From Glaucostegus cemiculus (lineage: Eukaryota), in NCBI GenBank assembly GCA_976551045.1, contig CDPCPM010000149.1, positions 3,596,001 to 3,660,000 on the forward strand: a stretch of DNA of 64,000 bases, written 5' to 3'. Shown here one piece after another: positions 13,818-26,025 of the stretch. Under the pieces are notes generated by a model, which was given only the letters and a program-made list of their open reading frames with translations, was not told the origin of the DNA and ran no database searches. The position numbers and the translations under genes were made by a program. Numbering within the stretch: the stretch's first letter is position 1; each line of letters begins with the position of its first letter.

Positions 13818-14970
13818 GCCACATTAGCATTCTCGGCCTCCGGACCTGTGCTGACAAGTAACAGAGATATCTGCGCTCTCACTGTTTGTTCTCTCATTTC
13901 GTCTTCACTTTATTTTTCTGCTGGAGCTCAAATTTCCACAAGTGTTACAAATAGTGTTTTATGGTAGAAATAATAATCGATCCGGTTTAGCGAAGGACAC
14001 AGCAGCGTCGTTGAGCTGCACAGAGCACATGTTCATCTGGCCTACATGATATTTCCCTCGGATTTGTCGTTTTCAGTTTCTACCTTAATACTCACACGTG
14101 AAATGAATGAAATGGATAAAGCAATCAGGCACATTTTTGGCATCAGGCATTAAATTGTGGTTTCACACGCCGTGTGACGCTGTCCATTTCTTCAGCTGTC
14201 ACCATTTCGTCTGAGTTTCCCCCCATTTGATTTCCCATTAATAACTGCACTCATTACATAAGAACGGGATCATTCTACGCCAAGTCAGTAGCAACGAGCT
14301 GAGTTCTGGGAAAGTGCTTCGCATTTTACTGATGCACACAATCGGTATCACCATACACTTGCAAATATGTTATTTTACCCTCCTCGTAATTCAGTTTAAC
14401 TGTTGCATGTAGTGTCCTTTCAAAATCAACTTTAAGCCATAAACAAATAATTGAGGCAAGATTCTCACAGATTTGCAATACACATTTTGCAGAGTGTTCT
14501 GAAAGGACAGCAATTATTGGATATATTTTTTTAAACTGTGATTCTCATCGCTCAGACTCCCAAGTTTTTGTTTTGCTCTGAGCCTTGTTCCTCGCTTGCT
14601 TTGTTGTTTTAAAATATGCATGTCGCTCAGGAATGCAAGTCACGAGTCCAAACTTTGTGTCCAACCTCCCACATGAAATGATCCTTTTATAAGGAACCCG
14701 ATATGTCTCAATCTGCACTTAACTGGGAGCCTTTAGGTTTGGGGCACTAAGTCCCTTCTCAAAACAAAACACTGCACCGAGATTCCATCCAAAACACCAG
14801 GCTTTTTTTTCCACAGGGAAGAGATCTAGCACACATAATTAAAGAAGGCAGCGACCAGAGGGGAATGTCTGCAAAAAGTAAGAGCTTTATTTCTATTGAG
14901 ATTGGACATAGGTTATCATTAAGTACAAATTTATCAACACGTGGCATGTGCATCTCAGTTATATCTACGC

Positions 14971-14972
<2 letters not shown>

Positions 14973-15032
<60 letters not shown>
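14973..15032. repeat. (GT)30 microsatellite preceded by ACGCGC
   Basis: Direct reading; uninterrupted purine-pyrimidine alternation. Confidence 0.95.
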
Positions 15033-15036
<4 letters not shown>

Positions 15037-18000
15037 GCGCGGGACAGAGAAAAAGAGAGGCAGGCGGAGGTGGAAGTAAAAGGTTGCAAAAAAGTGAGCA
15101 AGAATTGATTTATAAAGAGGCACGGTTGTGGAATAAAGCTAGCGATACACAAGGAAACATTTTTGAACAGCGTGAATTGCTACAAGGAAGAGTTCTAACA
15201 GGATGACAATTATAAATGCAAACTCAGAGGAGAGGGGAAGGAGACGTGAGATCGGATGGGTGGCGGAGAGAGGGGTGGGGGGTTGATTGGTGGGGAGAAA
15301 GACTTTGCTTGATAGACCTGGCGTTGGGAGAATGGGAAAGTAAATGGAGACATGTAGATCATAGGCGAAGAGCAGAGTGGAGACACTTGAAGTTCAAGCG
15401 GGCACATGAGATGCTTTCGGTTGGGATGTCGCTGCAGTCTCAGTACTTGCGCTATACACAGTGAAACCTTCAACACTCAGTGGGAACGTCAGGAGATTCC
15501 TTCTGTTATACACTCTGATCACAGTGACGTCAATACATTTTTAAAGACAACCTCTACAGTGCACAAATCGTATATGTGGACATATTTACTTCATTAAATG
15601 TGTAAAAAAATATCTTCCTCGTGTAGGCCAGCGTGTGCGCAGAGGTGCTGTTCGGACTATAGTGGGATTAAGCCGTAATACAATTGATGTGACACATACC
15701 CTTATTTTCATTACAGTCACATGTGAAAAATTAAACATGAGTAGGGAACATTGCTGGTTCTGCTAACACCTGGGCTTGCTTCAATAGTGTCGGAACGATT
15801 TGACTACACGGCGGCTAGTCTGTGATTTTGACTATATGATCAACTATCTCTTTAAATGTTATTTGAAAACATTCTGTTGCAATTATACACCATGCTGAGA
15901 CCAATTTTATCAGTGGCTTGTTTTAACGCAGAGGTATTGAGAAGTCACCGGCACTGGCATCTAATAACGGTCTCTCGCTCCCTCTATAGATTACTATATA
16001 CACACAACTAACCCGAACACTAGCCTGTCACTATACCACTCACAGTAGAGCGAATTAAAATCAAAACACTTTTTAATTGCGCACATATTCTTGAATTGTA
16101 TTATATGTTAATGCAAACCGGTAGATGCCCACACTTAGAAATAAATTGCACATACAACGCTTTTGCAAAGGGCGAAAGGACAGCTTTTTTCACTTCTGAA
16201 CATTTTAATCATTTCCCTGAGGTAAAGAATAAAATCACACATGCTTGTTTGATTGATCTGAATTACACTCCATTTTCTCTTCAGTTTAATATATCTGAAG
16301 TAACAATTATTTAGCAAACAACATGAGCGGACTGGAACGTTTTCACCATAATGCATGTACCTAGTCACTGTATGAATCGTATGAAAAAATAACATCTGCC
16401 TTCCTGCAGTGACACGTGCGAGGTAGGTCTATTGTAAACGTTGAATCGTTTTAAAGGGAAGGAGAAATTGATGAACTGGCACACATTTGCTTTGAACATG
16501 CAGGACAGTTTTATGAGATAAAGCTGGAACCACTCATATCGTCTTTTTAGATTTAATATAGCATAACCCCGGCGCTCCCCCCACCCCCTCCGCCCCAACG
16601 TAAGCATCGCTGCATTGGATCTACAACAGAGATAAAGAGCGTAAAGTGGAGGTTTTAAAAGTATAAACTGTATCGCAACCTGGAAACATTCTAATGTGAG
16701 TTTGGTTTAATTTAATTGCACATCAGGACAGACAGGCGTGGAGCTGTGTGAATGATGTTGCGGTTAATATTCTTCTAATTTAGAAGTTATTTACCTAATT
16801 TCTCAGCATGGCTCCTATTTTTCTTCATAATGGATGGCTAGAGTGTTTTGTTAGATTTTTTTTCGTCTTCACGTTTAGCTGCAGTGTTACAGATTGAACG
16901 TGGAGTCAGCAATACATCATGATATAATCAGGCCCCCCTCCCCCTTGCGAAGGTGGGTAGTGGGGGGGGGGGGAGACGCGGACTCTTACTAATTCCCCAA
17001 TATGTCTACAATAAAAGCCACGCAGCCTTTGGTGAATTAGTAGCCTCAATGTTTCGCAGATGTGCCATTTAGACCAGAACTTGACCCCCCTGATTCCCTC
17101 GTAAATAATCCACTACTAAACGTTCCCGTCAACATACATTTTCCTGCATAACCAAGCAAGTCCGGGGGAAAAAAACAGAATGAAAAAAAAGCTAACAGAT
17201 AATGCCTTCAATAGCATAATGTAAGCGAAGCGCTTTTTAATATAAACGCGCCAGGTAATGACTTTTTACTGGCCACATCGCTCTTTTTAATATATTTGGC
17301 CTATTGCTGAAATTGAGTCAGCCATATTTAATTTTAATTCATAGAGAGACTTGGTATGGAACGAAACAGCAACAGTCGATAAAAAATCCTACAAGCCTGA
17401 GACCCGAGCGCTCTAGGGAGGACAGCACTAGCTGTTTGGTAGCGCTCTGTGGCCCTCGGACCGTTGCTATGATTACAGGAGCACCTCGTCTTCTTGTAAA
17501 ATGCCAAATCTTTAATCTTTGTGGCATGTTGCCTTAAAGCCAGCCCGGGCCGAGGTTTTTTTGGAGTGAGAACGAGTGAACGCTGTCGTTCAGGCGAGGG
17601 GGAGAGGGAGAGGGAAGGAATAGCCCTTTGCTGAGTGACATGACCTCTCTGTTCAAAGGCCAGGCAAGAAATAAACGCTCCTAATCTGAATGGGGCAATT
17701 TTTTTTTTCTCGCAGGTTTGAAATCCTTTCTTTTGAAATGGGATGAGTTTCGAGTCGGAGCAATCTTTCGTCTTCAACATCGGGGCGTTTGAGGACAGGG
17801 GGGTTAGGAACGTACTTGCAATGGACGTGGTTCGCTTTGCATTTTTATGAAAATTAATTCTGTGTACGTTGACAAAATCATTAAAATTATGTTAGCAGAC
17901 ATCACGTGGGGATTGGCGGACAGGCTGGACACAGAGTGGACAGAGACAGCAGGGCCATGCACGCTTTAAGACAGGGGGTCTTTATTAAGTTGGAGCATTT

Positions 18001-21000
18001 AGAGAAAGAAAAACGAATATCTGACAAAGCTCTCACTATACTACTGACAACAAAACCTGTCAGATCTTCGCTCTCTTTTACTAGAAAGGAGACAGTGTCC
18101 TCACGTGAACACCTTTCAAGACACTATTTAGAGACGTCTTTGTGAATACTCACTTTCTGAAAGGGAATCTTAAGTACAAAGGGAAGGGGGGGGGCTACGA
18201 AAATTCTCTCAAACTAAAGTTTATAGGAAAGTTTCTTTCACAGTTTAACCAGCCTTTGTGTTATCACGGATATTTAACTTCAGCACCATACTTCCGCGTA
18301 GTCTTCTTCTCTTTGATTACGGTTCAAATGCTGCACATATTTCAAATATTCTTTCCGTGCAGGACGAAAAAGAAAGAAAATCTGACGTTTCAGTGATTAT
18401 TCCTTCCTATTCATTCAGGCAGTTGAACTCGGTTTACAAATTGTTGCTCTTCGGATTATACATTAACGTCCCTCGAACTTTGCACGTGATTACTGTGTGA
18501 AAATTTAACTCACGCTTTCCATAACATTATAAAGACAGCATACGGAAGGACAAAGGACAGTTTAATAAGCTATCACTGGACATAAGGAATGAGGTGGCTT
18601 TAATAAGAGACAAGAGGAGGAGGGGGAGCTAATCATTCAGGTGAAGCTCAGTTTTATGAAGCACATCAAAGTAAGTTTGAAATCCCCTGCGTTCAGCGCC
18701 ACGTAGATGTGGTAAGTGGGGATGTTTGATATATAGACAGTGTTAAGGTAAGGCGTGGTGTCACAATGCATTCTTCCTAACCGTATGCAATTAAACACCG
18801 CAAGACTGTACAGCTGAAGCACGCACCTTCAATTTAAACAATATTTTTTATTCATCTCCTGCTGAATATTTAATTTACAGATTGCATAATATGGAATGGC
18901 AAATATTACAGCGCCGGCAGCGTGGAATTAACACCACTTACTAAAAGGAACATTTCGACAGGCGTTAAGCAGCCTCTTTATATTGTTTGCAATTGAGCTC
19001 ACTTTTTTTTTTGCCTTATCGTTCTCGCTACCATTCTCCTCTCACTCACCAACAGTATTTCAAACACCAATAAACTGAGGGAGAAATCAAACAATTTATG
19101 CAGAGTCGTGAACAAAATAATGGAAGCTGTACTGCCACCTAATCATTAGAAGAATATTTGCTGACGTCCCGGTGAACTAGAGCTGAACGCCGCTGGCATC
19201 TATGCTCTTTGCTTCTTAATGCTATAAATCGATGTTAATCCACACTCTACATTCACTACATTATATATAAAAAAGACATCAAGTGTGCAGTTATACCGAT
19301 ATTGTATTTCCTGTAAACCGTTAACTTATTTTGAAATCTATGTTTATTTGCAACTTAAGACTGGACATTCTATTTAGTGAGCTAGTTTGTACTTTTTAAA
19401 ACAACATTTTTGATGAAAGATATTGTCAGTGATGCCATAAAAAGTATAGCGATTTGATCAATATTCTGTCTACTATAAATCTCGACCATCTTCTCCTCTA
19501 GCCTCCGACTTTTGAAATAGTGAGGCTGTGACTGCTTACTTCAAAAAATTAAAAAAGACAGCTTTTGCTTTCATTGGATTCACACATGGGATTTACCATC
19601 GGTATCTAACCAAAAAAATCCACAATATGGACGTGTCTTTCCCTTGGTTAAATACTTCAAATGGGAAAACAAGAATAATTGCCATAGTCGTACAGGAACA
19701 GTGACTATTAGTCTTCTAGAAAGCTTTTGGTAGCTAGTATTTCTGACTTGATATTTCGTTCCTTTGTTCCACCGCTTCCTTCTCTTTCATATCTGCTGGA
19801 TAAGAGTCGGCGCTGGCTTCTTTGTCGTTGTCCGATGCTCAATTTAATTCAAATAAACTACTGAAAAACGTGACATTTTTTCCCTGTTTAACGTTGGTGG
19901 GAATATTCTTCCCACCAGATTAAATAGAAGAACAACCCAATAAGATCACATGGAACTTCACTGTTCCAGTGGCGTAAAATTGTAACTTCTTGAAAAACCA
20001 AGCTAGTTATATCAAACCATTCCAGCGCAGTGCAGTACAACGCAGAATAGAGGCTTCTGCTGAGAGCAAATGTTTTACAACAGTTACAGCACCAGCTTCA
20101 AGATTAAATCATCATAATATTTTAGAGAGCAGGTCCAGAAATCGTTTAGGCTGCTTTAGAAACGGATGAGCTGCTGTCCAGTGCAATCGTTGTCGTTCTG
20201 AGAGTTGACCCTTTCTTAAATCGCAATTATAGATATCTAACCGCCTGGCCCTGTTTTAATATTAGAAAATTTTATCCGTAGAAGATTTCTATTACATTAA
20301 AGTGCGGAAAATTGGCAGACTTATTCTTTAGTTTTTATTTTCTTTGCTTTCAATAAAGTACTCTGCGTGTCACAAAACCTAAACTACCTCGGTTCGATCT
20401 CATCCCACCACAGTAGATTTTCATGAACAAACAATGCAATAAGTTATCGAAGATGCATTGTATTTTGTAGGATAGGCTAATAGTTATGATATTTAAAATA
20501 ATCTACTTGATTTAAATGTTTTAGATAACAAATAAATACTTTAAATATTGTTTTACTGAGGGTGTGAGTGCCATTTTACTGACATAGTCGAAAAAGAAAC
20601 AAATTTGGTCTTTCTTCAAGTGGCTTCATAGAAACCAGCTTCGATCTGGTTTGGAACTATGTCCGTACACCCTTTCTATCCACCGGTGTGAGCAAATTTC
20701 CAGCTGCAAGATAACTGAATTAATATAGTAATACAACAAATATGTTATTCTTTTACCTAATGAATTAGTCACCAGGTTATTTCCAAGGCACAGACGTTCA
20801 AATCGACATGTGGTCGATGTAATAACGTAATATAATCTATCTATTTGCCCGATCTATATTTTTGATAATGTGCATTCACGAACGTTGATTAAACAAACGT
20901 TCAGCTTTCTAATTATTGACATTAGCATGTTATGGGTTTTGTTATAATATATCTCAACTTCAAATAAACCCATCTTGTGTTTTAAAATTAAAGATTCGAA

Positions 21001-24000
21001 ATTAAATCTAAAAAAATAAATGGCAGCATACTAATTTGAATAGTTGTGTATAGTTTGGCATTAATTGAATATATTCACAAAACAAAGTAACCTGTTAGAT
21101 AGATGGCTGGGTTTGTATTGATAAACTCGGTACCTTGCATAAATGTGTTTCGTACACAGCTTGACGTCTATTATCGACTTCTCGAAATAATTTATTTTAA
21201 GTAATTTGCAGCTATTTGATATTTTTTTACATAGGCGTCGCCTTGATTTATTTTCATGCATCATTTTCATAGTTGGTCCACTGTCTAACTGTGCAGTGCT
21301 GTGATCTTCGGGGACTTGGTTTGAAGACAGCGTGTCTGGTGCTGCCTTGTAGTTTCCTATCTTGTGAGCTAGGTGGCACTCTATTTCGAGAACCGAGTAT
21401 CAGCCGCAGGAGAAGATGAAAACATTGTTTTATACTGTTTCACTGTAAGATTTATTTTAAACACATTCACGCACATGCACAGCTGTACAGGTGTTTTCGA
21501 TTTTAATGCAATCGCACTTTCCGCTTCGCTATATGTCGTTTGATTCCCCAGCCCCCTCCCCACCACCACCAAGTACTCAGATCACAGCGTATATTGCTCA
21601 ATAATTTCGCTATATTAGATTTCGCACTAAAAACAGCTGTAGCTGTAGGCACTTCAGACTTTATTGCCACATCTGACACAATAGCCAAAAATATCTTGAA
21701 CAATAAATATACTTGCATATGGTATATTTTATATCTATGGACGTAAAGTGCAATAGGAATCAAACTTTTTAACTGTTTCCAATTAATTATATTCACCAGT
21801 CAGATATTTTGTCTTGAAAATTTACACTTAAAATCTCAAGCAACTTGTGATTTATTCGGCAACAGCACCACAGCTATGTCTCGTCTGAGATCGTGGAGGT
21901 CAATTATTGAGAGTTTAACCACCAGCTCGGTATATTTCTGATAAGAACGGAACTTTTCCAGTAAGAGCCAACGCTGTCCAATCAAATGCTAAATACTTTC
22001 TCCCTTGCACTTAATAAACATAGAAGTAGATTTTCGTGCAGAAATGCATCAGATTTTGATTAAAAAAAATCATTTGCCAGGGGGTTGCAGGAACTAATTG
22101 TATTTATCGATCTGGCTGAAAAATTCGATTTGCAATATCAAATGAAGCTTTGGCTAAAGATCACAGAATTAGTCTTTCCGCGTCAGATGTTCCCTTGAAC
22201 CTTGTATAAGAAGAACGAGCGAATTAATAGCAACGAGTTTCGATTCGAAGTAAATGCAAACCATATTTCATGGCGGAGCAAGTAACTTTCACCCACATTA
22301 GCGACGAACAAGCTGTAGTTACTCTTTCCCGGGCCATAGTTGTTCCGTTCCGCTCGCGCAGAAATTAATCATAATTAGAAATTAATAAAAACTGATAAAA
22401 CTTTTTTTTAGTGTGAATGTTAGTTATAAATCGGCTGCAGTTCACAACATTTGAGTGTCCCTACTGATAGCGTTTTAAAATGGGACGCGACAGAAAGGGC
22501 GTTCTGAACTGCTTCAATGAATTTAAATTCAGTCCAAGTTTCAAACTATTTAATCTCCTGTTGCAATGTGCTTGATAATATTGTGCGCGAAGTAATTGCA
22601 CCAATTTGTCAAACGCTGTTTAAATCCAAAAGCTATGGCTAGTTATTTTAGCAATCATGTCAAACTCTCTTTCAAAAAGTGAGTTGACGAAACGCATCAG
22701 TTTTAATTTTATTCTTTTTTTTAATCACCATTTTATATTCCATTCCGAATTTTATATCTAGATCTTGTTAGTTGGCTTGAAAAGGGGAACATAAGAGAAG
22801 CGGCGGTAGCTGCTTTGTATCTAGGTGGCACTGAAAACCGCAGCGGTGTGCGGGCAGAGCGGGGACTGTAATGTGGTCGCGCCGGGGTGCTGGGCTGGGG
22901 AACGGTCACCGCACACCTGCACACGCGGCTCCCTCCCACAGCCACTATCAACAGGAAAGTAAAGACAAAGTTAATTCGATTTATTGGATGATTAAATATC
23001 AGGTTATAAACGTCAAGGGTTAAAGTTATTGTCAGTTATAAAGTTGTTATATTTGAAATAGTTTAATTAATATTAACATAAAATATTTGAGGTTTATTAA
23101 TCCAATATAGGTGTTTAATCCAAAGTGAGACTGAATGACGTTTTCCCTTATTTGTTTTGCCAGAGTTTAAGTGGCGTTAACACCGTTATTATCCACATTA
23201 TTTTCATCATTTGTAATATATATAAACAAAAAAATAGGAAAATGTAACAGTTGTTCCTTGCCACCCAGTTCTTACGCAAATTTATTTGAAATCTTATCGG
23301 CTGCCTTGTGCTATCAAACGGCGAATTCAATGTTATGACTCAAAGCAAAGTGGTCTGATCAGCTCCAAGTCAAACATATCGATTAGGCGCACAAATCAAA
23401 GGAAATAAGTTTGTGAGAGTTTAGAAGGAATTTGGTCTGAACTGAGTTTGAAAAAAAAGTTTGAAGAGCTTATTTTAATTGATACTATACTTAGAAAATC
23501 GAAGTACAAATTTAAATTGTCCAGAAAAATCTGTTAACGAATGTTCATCATTCGACTCCTTACAATCATCCGTATAACGCCGTTTGGATTCAGATCTGAT
23601 CATAAAATTATTTATCATGTTTGAAGTTCGGCAAGGTTATAATGTTCAGAGTGAAATTAAGCTGTGAAAACTAAAATGTTCCAGGTGTCATTAGGAACTC
23701 TCATATCAATGTTTCTTGTTTAATGAGGACAATTTTATTTCCAAATTGCGTGTGATTTTTCCGTCTGAGATCAAATGGCAACATCTTAAGATTGATGTTA
23801 TCAGTTATTAGAACTCAGCTTGTTCCATTGTCATTACTCACGTCAAAGAATAGAAATAAATGTTATGTAACGGGATTATCAGACGATAACATGCCGTCCC
23901 TGTTTCAACCTATCTTGTCCTATTTGATGTGCATTTAACCGAACGGATATTTTTGACACATGAAAACATATACTCTTCTTTTATTTTATATATATAAAAG

Positions 24001-26004
24001 AACAATTCGAATTGAATGATTTATTTAGAGGTTATTCTTGCATAGATGTTGAGGTGAAACTTTCAGTTCCTCCAAGCGCAATCAATGAAAGTAGTATTGC
24101 TTTTCACGTATTCAATACTTCTGAAAGCGGTTCATATGCTTGGTAAATATTTTGGATATGATATTGATTTCCGTGAAAGTATCATGGAAGCTTTTCCCTG
24201 TATAAAATCACAGTTTACTTCCAATAAATGGAAGCAAGTCTATTTTTGACGTTGACAAATGATCTACACAGAACAGGAATCATTTAGAGATGACTTTGAA
24301 GGGTTGCAAAAGAAAACGTGCCCAGGTGAAAAGGGTTTAACCAGGTTCACCGGACACATGACAAGGTTGTCTCCAGCTAGAGCTTGTGAAGGAAGATATG
24401 AAGCTAATAGAAGAGAGAACGCCTGACATTTGAAATGGTTGGCCATTGAGGAAATAAACAGGGACCGTGTATTCATAGTGAAGTTAAAAAATTAAAGAAA
24501 TGGGTGTCCACGTTACTAAAACCAGTGAGATTTTTTTCACAAAATTCTGCAAGAATTGTTTTCTATAGGGGCGGCATTAAAAATAAATCTATAAGTCACA
24601 AAAGTTTCGGAGCATTTTGCTACCCTTCTCCGGTTTGAATAATCAATCTAGCTGAAAAATTGTTGGAGATTCAAAAAAAATGTTTGAAAAATATGCAATT
24701 CAACAGGTCGATATACAGCTAAATATTATGTAGCGATTTGATGTACAACGTTGTTCAATGGATCAGAAACTTTTATTTCCCCATTGTTTTAAAATGATTA
24801 CAGGGATATTGATGAACATTCTGAGTTTCAGGAAAGCAACATGCACTCACAACTTTGAATGGAAACTCTGAACACTGTATGCTTGTGTTTCTTTAGTTGA
24901 AAATGCAAGATAGAGGAAAAACTTTGAATATCGCTGTTTTTATTTTGTATATACATTTTAAGCGTTAAAGGAATTTGCCTTAGTTGTTCTAGGAGCTGGG
25001 CGGAGGAAGAGAAAAAGGGGGAATAGATTAAGCATTTTTTTCCTTAAATTTTATGTTTGTTTTACTATTGAATCTTGCTGGGTTGCTGTCAGAATCTGGA
25101 TATTTAGCACTGTCTTGATACGGACGGTGGCTCCAGAGGCTCATCTCCAGGGGGCTTTAATTAACAAGCTGTCAGAAAGCTGCAACTCCCATCAAGCAGC
25201 TCCTTCCCAAAAGCAAACCCGCTCACAATTTCCAGGTGTAATTCAAAAGATATTCCATATCTGGACGAAGTAAACTTACTGGCACTCAAGTTTTCTTTTG
25301 CAGTTTTTTTAAATCTAATGATAAAATCCAATAACATTTTTAGAATTAAAATATTTAGTTTACATTTAAAGGGTGTTCACATTTGAATGATATTAAATTG
25401 CAATCAACCACAAAAATGCTTAGGATAAATCTTTTGGAAAATGCAGGGAAGATAGAGTATCCCACAAAGACCAGCAATATCAGCAAAAGACGGGAATGTA
25501 CGCCACACCAGTGTTATAGAAATATGCCCTTAAATACTAAAACACAACCGGCTGCAAAACCACTAAATAAATAAAAAGAATAGAGAGGGACTCTGCGTGT
25601 TAAGAATCAAAAAAGAAACGAATGGAATTAAACTGCTGAAAACAAATAAATCAAACAAAAATATAGCACACGAGAAATTATAGGAGAATAATACGTGAGT
25701 AACCATAGACCTAAGACCAGCGAAACAAAGAATTAGAGGAATATACCTTTTCAGTGAATGCATAAAATATTATGTGTGATTGCGTACAAAGAGAAATATA
25801 TACTTTAGACTGTATGATACATTTTATGTTTATATAAACTCTGGATGAGATTGATAACGGGATTAATATAGAAGCTTTGGGAAGTGAAAACGTTATTGCT
25901 TGTGTCTCTCTCAGGATATGATTGTAAGTGCCTGATATTTTCCCCTATACCTATGTTTGTCAACATGTCTGTAGAAACTTGGTTAATTTATGACAATACT
26001 GCAA

Positions 26005-26025
26005 TGCGCTGTCCATGGTGCTAAT
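26005..26025 (-). promoter_or_regulatory. RE1/NRSE (REST binding site)
   Basis: Minus strand ATTAGCACCATGGACAGCGCA versus consensus TTCAGCACCACGGACAGCGCC; both half-sites and the canonical 2-nt spacer are intact. Confidence 0.75.

Noticed and set aside
13552-13967. ORFs of ~85-113 aa on both strands
   Set aside because: Artefacts of reading through the N gap.
14177-21980. Additional RE1 sites (GCTGTCC at ~14179, ~20173, ~21973)
   Set aside because: Right half-sites only; no properly spaced GGTGCTGA.
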